From Patescibacteria group bacterium (lineage in GTDB: Bacteria; Patescibacteriota; Minisyncoccia; Phycocordibacterales; UBA9973): a stretch of DNA of 64,000 nt. The DNA lies in the NCBI GenBank assembly GCA_040390725.1, contig JAZJXT010000003.1, forward strand, positions 34,502 through 98,501, written 5' to 3'. Positions 9,898 to 16,723 of the stretch are shown here, in pieces. Numbering within the stretch: position 1 is the stretch's first letter; every line of letters starts with the position of its first letter. The notes under the pieces are model-generated. The model was not told where the DNA came from. It saw nothing but the letters and a program-made list of their open reading frames with translations, and searched no databases. A program made the position numbers and the translations under genes.

Positions 9898-10673
9898 CTT
9901 TCTTTTGAGGAATTATTTTTTTCCAATTCCCAAATTAAGTTGAAAAGTTTTTCAAAGTTTTTTGCTATCTCTTGGTTGTCAATCAAGATACCTACAGCAT
10001 TATTTTTCTGAAATGTAATAATTGAAGTTAGTTGCTCGGTGATTTTTATATCCATACTGAAAGGGAAGATAGAATTTTGGAAAAATTTCGTTTCTCGCAG
10101 TTCTGATTCGGAATTGATGTTGATTTTATTGTCTGCCGGGGCGATAACCCTGTTTTTTATATTTAATTTTATTCTTTTCTTAATAAATTGCGGAAAGTAT
10201 TCAGGAATAAAAGATGCCATTTCCCCGCCATCTTCAAAACTGTCTATAAATTTACTTTTACTATTTAGGATTTGTTCGTATATATTTATAATACCTTCTT
10301 TACCCTCAAAAAATCTGACATTTGGTTTGCCTACTATTAAATTGTATTTAGAGGAAAGTGCACCGATGCCCGCGCCGACTATTTCTTTGGCGAGGTCTAG
10401 ATTCTTTTTATCCCTATCCATTTTATCTAACAATATAGAAGGGTGGGCGGGGTAGAATACCGCCACCGTGCCGGTACCGCCCTTTTTCTCTACTAAACCC
10501 ATATTTTCCAGCTGTTCTAGTATTTTATAAACCAAACCTCTTTTTATACCCGTCCAAGTTGAAAGCGGGCTGGCTTTTTGAGGGCCTTTATCCAGTAGGG
10601 ATTCATACACGATTGCTTGTTCTTCTGAAAGCCCCGCTTGTTTTAAAATATTTTCTTGATTTATATCTGTCAT
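9876..10673 (-). CDS. TrmB-family transcriptional regulator
   Basis: N-terminal wHTH (GLSEEQAIVYESLL...VYKILEQLENMGLV), KPNVRFFEGKEG, C-terminal PLD-like sensor domain. Confidence 0.85.
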   Translation of the reverse strand: MTDINQENILKQAGLSEEQAIVYESLLDKGPQKASPLSTWTGIKRGLVYKILEQLENMGLVEKKGGTGTVAVFYPAHPSILLDKMDRDKKNLDLAKEIVGAGIGALSSKYNLIVGKPNVRFFEGKEGIINIYEQILNSKSKFIDSFEDGGEMASFIPEYFPQFIKKRIKLNIKNRVIAPADNKININSESELRETKFFQNSIFPFSMDIKITEQLTSIITFQKNNAVGILIDNQEIAKNFEKLFNLIWELEKNNSSKESYAAKAD

Positions 10674-10697
10674 GTTTATAGCATAACATTTCTGTTT

Positions 10698-10726
10698 TTG
10701 TCATGCAAATATGACAATGTGGATAA
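10698..10726. promoter_or_regulatory. Candidate operator palindrome plus DnaA box
   Basis: TTGTCAT-N6-ATGACAA (10698-10717) overlapping the putative TTGCAT -35 of the TrmB gene; TGTGGATAA at 10718-10726. Confidence 0.45.
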
Positions 10727-10786
10727 CTTTTATAACCTTATAAATAAAGGTTTTTTGTCTATTTATAAAATCTTTATCATGTCTTC

Positions 10787-10815
10787 TTGACATTTCTAAA
10801 CTAAAATGCTATACT
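10787..10815 (+). promoter_or_regulatory. Consensus sigma70 promoter of the accessory operon
   Basis: TTGACA-N17-TATACT with extended TG. Confidence 0.8.
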
Positions 10816-10821
10816 ATCCTC

Positions 10822-11185
10822 AGAAGGTTCGTTAAGGAGATTTCAGAAGATTGATGCCCACCTCTGATCCTGAGCATTGTTTCAACAAAGCACAGGACGG
10901 TACCTAAGCCGGTAAGTTAGGAAAGAGGAGAGAGTGAGCTGAGAGACAATCCTTTGAAATCTGTTTGCACCGCGGATTGCATAAATTGATATTGAGGCCG
11001 CAAACCCCAAATCAATGAAGCAACAAAGTCCGCAACCGTGTATACATCACTGCAAAGTGGTGAAGACATAGGCAGGTCGGAAGAGTCTAACCCTCTCTTG
11101 TGATCTGAAATGTCTTTATGAAGGAGCTGAATGTTTGAGGAGAAATATTCGGAGCACAAAGAGGAGAGAGACTTGCTTTGTGATA
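10822..11185 (+). ncRNA. Putative large structured ncRNA or leader RNA of unknown family
   Basis: Closing helix 10828-10847/11104-11122; nested stems CCTCT/AGAGG, TCCTG/CAGGA, CCTAA/TTAGG, GAGAGAG/CTCTCTT, ATCTGTTTG/TAGGCAGGT, GCGGA/TCCGC, ATTGAT/ATCAAT, CATCACT-GCAA-AGTGGTG; G-U wobbles on + strand; no + strand ORF >60 aa. Confidence 0.6.
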
Positions 11186-11323
11186 AAGATAAATTCATTG
11201 ACAACAAAATATTCTGAAAGCGATTTCTTTTTTCTTAGTTGAATTAAAGAAATGGTATTTAGATATGCCTTATGAAGAAATTCGTGAGGGGAATATAAGT
11301 TTTTTCTTTTAACTTTTCTTTTT

Positions 11324-11367
11324 TGAGAGATATTTGTATATAAAATATTATATGTAAGTACCTCTCA
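11324..11367 (+). repeat. Pre-start hairpin B, copy 1
   Basis: GAGATATTTGTATA...TATGTAAGTACCTC; ends 16 nt before ATG 11384. Confidence 0.65.
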
Positions 11368-11383
11368 CAATAAAGAGAGTTAC

Positions 11384-11563
11384 ATGACAGATCAAAAAAT
11401 TTTAGCTCTGCGCGCGGCAGGGATAAATGTTATCGGGAAGATAGTTCTTCCTGGTGATAAAAAAACCGCCACCAAGAAGGTGGCAAAAAAACATTTTAAA
11501 CCTTTTTTCGGTGGTTATACCATCGGAGAAGTTTTGAAAGCTCAGGGTATCTCTTTGGGATAA
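11384..11563 (+). CDS. Small basic hypothetical protein, 59 aa (not in ORF track)
   Basis: MTDQKILALRAAGINVIGKIVLPGDKKTATKKVAKKHFKPFFGGYTIGEVLKAQGISLG*; preceded by AAGAGAG and hairpin B. Confidence 0.65.
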   Translation: MTDQKILALRAAGINVIGKIVLPGDKKTATKKVAKKHFKPFFGGYTIGEVLKAQGISLG

Positions 11564-11614
11564 GCTGAGTAAAAGTGTGAGTATCACTTTCAAAAAACTG
11601 CTCACTAGGGGTTA

Positions 11615-11693
11615 GGGTTAAAAACTAAAATGCTGAATTATTACAATTCAGCACCTTATTCAGTTCATTATTTTAAATGGTGGATTGATAGGG
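11615..11693 (+). repeat. Intergenic structured element A, copy 1
   Basis: GGGTTAA, hairpin GCTGAATT/AATTCAGC, then CCTTATTCAG...TTGATAGGG hairpin. Confidence 0.65.
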
Positions 11694-11720
11694 AAACATT
11701 TTCGTTCCTTTTTCATTCTT

Positions 11721-11762
11721 GCGGGATATTTTTACATATTAATTTGTGTATGAATACCCCGC
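11721..11762 (+). repeat. Pre-start hairpin B, copy 2
   Basis: GCGGGATATTTTTACA...TGTATGAATACCCCGC; ends 20 nt before ATG 11783. Confidence 0.65.
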
Positions 11763-11782
11763 AAAAATTTAAACGGGTTAAA

Positions 11783-12157
11783 ATGAATTATTTAGAAATT
11801 ATTGGCTACATTTCGGACATGGCCGGAGCCATTGGTGGAATAGTTTCCGCCATTGGAATTTTTACGCTTTTAGCGCAGAAAAGACGCGAAGAGCAAAATA
11901 TTTCTGTCTTCTTTAGGGTGATTGAAGAAGACCGGAATATTTTATTGCCCTTCGAACTTGTTCGGAGGGATATTTCCCGAGCTGAAATTCTTGGGAGAAT
12001 GGGCATGTTGCCCATTCAAGAAAAATCAGGAAGATTTTCTATTCGAGGGCTACTGTCTTCGGAGTTTTTAAAAAATCTAAATGAAATTCGCGAGGGTAAA
12101 ACCTCGGTTCTTCATATTTCTATCACCCAAAAGGAATTGGAGCAGTTTGTGCTTTGA
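11783..12157 (+). CDS. Csx23-like single-TM protein (type III CRISPR-associated cOA effector family, tentative)
   Basis: N-terminal TM, then LPFELVRRDISRAEILGRMGMLP...RFSI...EFL...ELEQF; resembles from memory small membrane proteins of type III CRISPR loci. Confidence 0.55.
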   Translation: MNYLEIIGYISDMAGAIGGIVSAIGIFTLLAQKRREEQNISVFFRVIEEDRNILLPFELVRRDISRAEILGRMGMLPIQEKSGRFSIRGLLSSEFLKNLNEIREGKTSVLHISITQKELEQFVL

Positions 12158-12247
12158 TTCTTTTTGAAAGGGTTACTGTTAGACCTAAAAAACAGCGCAG
12201 AACCTGTAGGGCGTAACACGAAAGGAGATTTTTTTAACCATTCAAAA

Positions 12248-12553
12248 ATGGCAAAAAAAATTATTGACTTGTCTTTAACGACAGAAAATCCTTTGTATAA
12301 AGGATGCTCTGTAGAAGAGGTTGCAGGTCGTCAAACTTTAACCACTCCCTTGGAGGAGGCGGTGAATATTGTGGGCAGAAATGCTGATGCAATAGTCAAA
12401 GCCGACACCGAGAGAGACGAGGTAGTTCTGACTGGCCCTATGGCTATTTGGAGCTACCTTATAGTATTTCACGCGGTCGTTCATGCTTACCGTCGTGTTT
12501 ACTATAGTGACGGTAGAGGAGGTAAAGACCTTCTCATCGCTGCTCACGGTTAG
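12248..12553 (+). CDS. Csx3/Crn3-like ring nuclease
   Basis: VVLTGPMAIW-x6-H-x3-H-x8-DGRGG...AAH aligns with the recalled A. fulgidus Csx3 VVISGRGPIW-x6-H-x3-H-x7-DPRLG...QSH; 101 aa. Confidence 0.7.
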   Translation: MAKKIIDLSLTTENPLYKGCSVEEVAGRQTLTTPLEEAVNIVGRNADAIVKADTERDEVVLTGPMAIWSYLIVFHAVVHAYRRVYYSDGRGGKDLLIAAHG

Positions 12554-12639
12554 GAAAAGACAAAACGAGGGAGCAGGCATGCGTTAAAACCTCAAATGAA
12601 AGTTGTACTGATACATGCGACAAAGATGCAAAGTATTAA

Positions 12640-12730
12640 GGGTTAATTTTGGAGGACGAAGGTTAAAAACTTTCGCGCCTCCTCTTTATTCAGATTTTTA
12701 CGCTTTAAGCGTAGAAGTTTGATAGGGAGA
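12640..12730 (+). repeat. Intergenic structured element A, copy 2
   Basis: GGGTTAA, GGAGG..CCTCC hairpin, then TCTTTATTCAGATTTT...GAAGTTTGATAGGGAGA. Confidence 0.75.
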
Positions 12731-12748
12731 CTTATTTTTTGTCTTTGT

Positions 12749-12799
12749 GGGATATTTGTACATTATGTAAATTGTATTTATTTTGTGTGTAAGTATCCC
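12749..12799 (+). repeat. Pre-start hairpin B, copy 3
   Basis: GGGATATTTGTACA...TGTGTAAGTATCCC; ends 17 nt before ATG 12817. Confidence 0.65.
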
Positions 12800-12816
12800 T
12801 TAAAGACGGGAATTAG

Positions 12817-13614
12817 ATGAATCCAGAAAAGTTTAAAGACCTCGTTCAAAAAGCGAGGATACTCTATCCTGACAACAGGGTGGAGGAAAGCGGGGATACT
12901 AACCCCGCGCCATATGTTTTTCTTACAGAGGAGGACAAAAAGGCGGGACCCACCGCTGTGGCAAAAAAATATAAAATGACGAAAGGGGTCGCGTATCGCG
13001 CTCTGAGTAGTTACGGATTTTTCCGTCCGTGGTATTTAAACACCAAAGAGGAAAAAAAACGTACTCCGGCTCACCATCGGAGAAATCAGGTATTCATGCC
13101 TAGTCAATGGGCAATGGAGAATCCTGAGATAATAATTAAGGCAGCTCGCCAGGCTGCCCAAAGAGAGCTTCGTTCTCGTTTTGGCTCGTTTCGTTTTACT
13201 CATGATGAATTTCAAGATATCGTGAGTGAGACAATAGTTCGCATGTATGCGAACTCGAGCAAGTGGGATCGGAGCAAGTATAGTTCCGATTTTGCGATGG
13301 CGTTGTTCGGTGGTTTTAGACATGTACGATCTGCAATAAATTTCGTACTGTTCAGAAAGGCTGAACAGCAAATCCCTTTTTCTACTTTCCTTGGAGCGGA
13401 AGGCGGTGAAGAAAAATGGTCGGCGCTTGAAGACGAAGCGTCGCTTGATGCCCAATCTCTTTTGGAGACAAAGGAGATTTTGAAAAATGTTGAACAAGCT
13501 ATTGTTGCCACTTACGGCCCAAAAACTTGGACAAAAATTTGGAGATGGGCAAACTCCAACAGGGTAAACATGCCGGAGGAGTATCGCAAGATACTAGAGA
13601 CATGTTTAAACTGA
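12817..13614 (+). CDS. Hypothetical protein with a sigma70 region-2-like segment
   Basis: DEFQDIVSETIVRMYANSSKWD resembles ECF sigma2 (D..Q/E..L......FD); possible N-terminal HTH (PTAVAKKYKMTKGVAYRA). Confidence 0.45.
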   Translation: MNPEKFKDLVQKARILYPDNRVEESGDTNPAPYVFLTEEDKKAGPTAVAKKYKMTKGVAYRALSSYGFFRPWYLNTKEEKKRTPAHHRRNQVFMPSQWAMENPEIIIKAARQAAQRELRSRFGSFRFTHDEFQDIVSETIVRMYANSSKWDRSKYSSDFAMALFGGFRHVRSAINFVLFRKAEQQIPFSTFLGAEGGEEKWSALEDEASLDAQSLLETKEILKNVEQAIVATYGPKTWTKIWRWANSNRVNMPEEYRKILETCLN

Positions 13615-14309
13615 AAACAATTTTGCCTTTATCCGCTCCAGGAGTGAATAAGGTAAAACTCTCTGCCAAGGAGGGTGCTGTATATCAGCGAATACTTGGA
13701 CTTGCTCAGAAAGCGTGTATGCGCGCGCTTTTAAGTAAAGACATAGACGGCGCGTATTTCAATGCTGTCTATTTAGAGGATCGCTGTTTCCAGATTAAGG
13801 TGAAGCCGAAAATTGGGCTGAAGTTTAATCTGAACATATATTTGTTTCAGTTTTTTTCTTGCTGGTCGGACAACAATGTCGCCAACAGGGCTGAAGTGAA
13901 TATAAAAAACGATGACGAGGAGGAAGAAATTCTTCGCGTTCTCGTTGAAGCGATCAGAGCCAAAACGACTTCTTTCCGCGCGGGCTTTATGGCGGAAGAA
14001 GTTGTTGGAAATATGCTGGCGGACATGGCTGGTAAAAAAATGATTATCAAATACAAAAAATCTTTCCAGTTGGAAGATTTGGCGGGAGTTGATTTTTATT
14101 TTTCCGTTTTGGACTTTTTGGGATTTGTGGTTGAAATTCCACTACAAGTAAAAAGTTCAGTGGGGGGTCAAGCAAGGCATGAAAAAAAGCATGCTGACAT
14201 TCCCTCGCTCGTAGTCCGTCCTGAAACTTCCGAAGAAGAGTTGCAGGAAAAAATCATGAAAATTGCCGGCGCATATTCGGCAAAATTCAAAAAGGTTCTT
14301 CATGTTTAA
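13602..14309 (+). CDS. Putative PD-(D/E)xK-fold nuclease
   Basis: GFMAEE...EDLAGVDFYF...IPLQVKSS (E...D...QxK pattern); start overlaps the upstream stop region. Confidence 0.55.
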   Translation: MFKLKTILPLSAPGVNKVKLSAKEGAVYQRILGLAQKACMRALLSKDIDGAYFNAVYLEDRCFQIKVKPKIGLKFNLNIYLFQFFSCWSDNNVANRAEVNIKNDDEEEEILRVLVEAIRAKTTSFRAGFMAEEVVGNMLADMAGKKMIIKYKKSFQLEDLAGVDFYFSVLDFLGFVVEIPLQVKSSVGGQARHEKKHADIPSLVVRPETSEEELQEKIMKIAGAYSAKFKKVLHV

Positions 14310-14340
14310 TTTGTTTTTGTTCACTTAAATTTTTTTCATT

Positions 14341-14706
14341 ATGGCAGTTATCACCGCAAAAAAACTTACGGATTTTTTTATTCGTAAGTCAGACAAAGGG
14401 GAGGTCCTCTTTGCTGATGGACAAACCGGCATGCGTTGTCGGCTCGGATTGTGCATTCGCACAATTTGGGAAAGTCCCAACGGGTTTGTTCCACAACCCG
14501 AGAAACATATTTTTGCAGTCAGTAGTGGAAGACTGGCTGACTTCGGAGTGGCATATGTCACATCTGAAACCCGTTCCATTGATCCGGACTTGCCAGGCAA
14601 GCCGGTAATGGTGGATTTTCTTGAAATTGGTGGTGTGTTTTATTACACCATTATTTTTGAGAAAAAAGAGCGACCACGGGCGCTCGAAAAAAGAAACTGG
14701 AATTAA
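14341..14706 (+). CDS. Hypothetical protein
   Basis: 121-aa ORF co-directional within the operon. Confidence 0.6.
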   Translation: MAVITAKKLTDFFIRKSDKGEVLFADGQTGMRCRLGLCIRTIWESPNGFVPQPEKHIFAVSSGRLADFGVAYVTSETRSIDPDLPGKPVMVDFLEIGGVFYYTIIFEKKERPRALEKRNWN

Positions 14707-14770
14707 TTCAGTTTTTTTTGCAATAGCTCTTGCCTATGAAGGTCGGCTTTGCCAGCAAGAATGTATCCTA

Positions 14771-14870
14771 GGGTTAATTTATTTGGGAGGAGTGGAATTG
14801 AACTTCACTCCTCCTCTTTATTCAGATTTTCAATTTTTAAATATTTTAAATTGGAAGTTTGATAGGGAGA
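14771..14870 (+). repeat. Intergenic structured element A, copy 3
   Basis: GGGTTAA, GGAGGAGTGG..TCACTCCTCC hairpin, then TCTTTATTCAGATTTT...GAAGTTTGATAGGGAGA. Confidence 0.75.
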
Positions 14871-14945
14871 TGCCGAAACCCAAAGAAAAAGTAGGAGAAT
14901 TAAAAACTTATTAAGTCCCCCGATGTCGTAAGGGGGCAGAAAAAA

Positions 14946-15464
14946 ATGGAATTTCTTGAAAAAGAAAAACCCCAACACGGTATCTCTTCTGGAGAAACTG
15001 TGTTCGGGTATTTTGCCCCTGACAAAACTTTACAAAAAGTTACGGGGTCAAAATTCGCCGAAATTTTGAAAAACTCTTCTTGGAAGAGTCAAGCCGGATA
15101 TTTCGGTGATGTCGATGAAGGGAACTGGGTCTCTTCCAAAAATAAGGAGGAAGTAACTCAACAGGTTCTTTCTGCGTGGAAAGAACTTGTTGGGGATAAA
15201 TACCCACATCCAAATGGGTATTGCTTATCCCTAGAAAAAGCCGTTAAGGTTTTAAAAGGGACCCCCGTCATTTATGAGGGGGAGGATAATTTTTTCATTT
15301 CCGGTAAGCCATATTATGGGCAGGGGAAGTGGAAATATTATAAAAACCTGAAAATGGAGGATATTTTTTGTCTCCCATTTAATGGGTATTACCCGGAGAA
15401 ATTATTTTTTTCGAGAGAAGAAATTCTCTCTGTCTGCAACACAAATTTGCAGTTTCCGGGGTAG
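14946..15464 (+). CDS. Hypothetical protein
   Basis: 172-aa ORF preceded by AAGGGGG. Confidence 0.65.
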   Translation: MEFLEKEKPQHGISSGETVFGYFAPDKTLQKVTGSKFAEILKNSSWKSQAGYFGDVDEGNWVSSKNKEEVTQQVLSAWKELVGDKYPHPNGYCLSLEKAVKVLKGTPVIYEGEDNFFISGKPYYGQGKWKYYKNLKMEDIFCLPFNGYYPEKLFFSREEILSVCNTNLQFPG

Positions 15465-15565
15465 GGGTTAATATTTCAGAAAGGTTTGATAATTTCAAAC
15501 CTTTCTAACTTTTTCAGTTTATTATTTAACAGCTTACAAGCTTGTTGAATAGTGGATTGATAGGG
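15465..15565 (+). repeat. Intergenic structured element A, copy 4
   Basis: GGGTTAA, AGAAAGGTTTGA/TCAAACCTTTCT hairpin, then CTTTTTCAG...TGGATTGATAGGG. Confidence 0.65.
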
Positions 15566-15716
15566 CCCAGAAATTTTAAAAAAGTTTTTTAAAATTTCTG
15601 GGCGGGAAAAGCCCGGTTCAAAATTAAAATAACGTGCTGTTCTTTCTCGTCTCACAACAGAAAGAACAGCAAAAATCTCTCTCCTCTCGTTATTTGTTTT
15701 TTGAGCCGGACTTTTC
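15565..15716. repeat. Two long inverted repeats (terminator or REP-like) between convergent genes
   Basis: GCCCAGAAATTTTAAAAA/TTTTTAAAATTTCTGGGC; GAAAAGCCCGGTTCAAAA/TTTTGAGCCGGACTTTTC with inner GCTGTTCTTTCT/AGAAAGAACAGC. Confidence 0.6.
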
Positions 15717-15722
15717 TTTAGA

Positions 15723-16715
15723 TTATTTCTTCATCTCTCTTAAATCCGCCACTTCGTCCGTCTCGTCCATTATTTCGCCGACGAGCTGTTCGACGACGTC
15801 TTCGAGGGTGACGATGCCGGAAGTTCCGCCGAATTCGTCTTTGACTACTGCCATGTGGTTTTTACTTTTTTGGAATATCGGCATCAAGTGGTCGAGTTTT
15901 ATATTTTCTTTTACTTTTATTATATTTTTAGCAAATTCTTCTATTTTTTTATTTTCTTCTCCACGGATAGAGGCTTGTAGTAAATCAAGAGTGCGCACGA
16001 ATCCTATAATTGTGTCAAAGTTTTTATCATATACAGGGTATCTGGAGAAAGGAGCATTTTGTAGTCTTGGAATTACGTCAGCCAAAGTCTCACCTTGTTT
16101 TAAGCATTCCATTACTGTGCGCGGTGTCATGATGTCTTTTGCTGTCAGATCATTCATTGTAAAAGCTTTTTCAATAATTTCTCTTTCGCCTTGTTCTATT
16201 GAGCCTTCCATGTGTCCTACTCGCGAAAGTATTTTTAACTCTTCTTCTGAAGTTGTTTTTCTGACTTCCGCGAAGTTTTTAGTGAAAAGTTCCACAAACC
16301 AAGCAATAGGGGTAAATATTTTTGATAAAAAAAGTATAGGCCTCGCAGTTGTTAAGGAGATGATTTCCGAGTATTTTTCTCCTATTGTTTTTGGTATTAT
16401 TTCTGCGAAAAGAATTATAGATATTGTGACTACTGCAGATATTGCACCTACAAACTTATGGTCATATATTTTTGCCGCATAAAAACCGACGAATATACTG
16501 CCGGCAATACTTACGACATTGTTTAATATAACTAAGGTAATTATGGGGCGATTTATCTTATTTTTTATTTTCAAAAGAGTATTTGCCCCAAAAACTTTCT
16601 TGTCTTTTAATGCTTCGGCGCGCGTGGCGGAAATTGTAAAAATAGCCGCTTCGGACATAGCGAAAATTCCCGAAAGAAAGATTATTAGTAAAACTATGAT
16701 AATTAAAAGTCCCAT
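15723..16715 (-). CDS. CNNM/HlyC-CorC family protein (DUF21 + CBS pair)
   Basis: FAMSEAA, FAEIIPK, IMTPR, FSRYPV, DEFGGTSGIVTLEDVVEQLVGEI. Confidence 0.92.
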   Translation of the reverse strand: MGLLIIIVLLIIFLSGIFAMSEAAIFTISATRAEALKDKKVFGANTLLKIKNKINRPIITLVILNNVVSIAGSIFVGFYAAKIYDHKFVGAISAVVTISIILFAEIIPKTIGEKYSEIISLTTARPILFLSKIFTPIAWFVELFTKNFAEVRKTTSEEELKILSRVGHMEGSIEQGEREIIEKAFTMNDLTAKDIMTPRTVMECLKQGETLADVIPRLQNAPFSRYPVYDKNFDTIIGFVRTLDLLQASIRGEENKKIEEFAKNIIKVKENIKLDHLMPIFQKSKNHMAVVKDEFGGTSGIVTLEDVVEQLVGEIMDETDEVADLREMKK

Positions 16716-16723
16716 AATGTTTT

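Noticed and set aside
10822-11185. RNase P RNA, tmRNA or self-splicing intron identity for the large RNA
   Set aside because: Only AAAGTCCG resembles RNase P P4, with no GAGGAAAGUCC or matching 3' strand; no tRNA-like ends; no group II domain V and no interrupted host gene
10917-11207. 96-aa minus-strand ORF over the structured region
   Set aside because: Ser/Leu-rich low-complexity translation, non-ATG start, antisense to a consensus promoter
14621-14914. 97-aa ORF spanning element A copy 3
   Set aside because: Overlaps the upstream gene, runs through a repeat that is non-coding in the other copies, and has a non-ATG start
11324-15565. Repeats as a CRISPR array near the Csx-like genes
   Set aside because: Copies are imperfect, hundreds to thousands of bp apart and separated by whole genes; no 25-45 bp repeat-spacer periodicity was seen anywhere in the window
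11615-15565. Canonical integron attC sites
   Set aside because: No RYYYAAC...GTTRRRY ends and no tyrosine recombinase in the window; kept only as an analogy
9876-15716. Prophage or IS element
   Set aside because: No integrase, transposase, terminase or structural genes, and no flanking direct repeats seen
15634-16482. 282-aa plus-strand ORF
   Set aside because: Antisense shadow of the CNNM gene; the same applies to most short overlapping ORFs in the track (e.g. 42038-42517, 55845-56288, 13036-13497)
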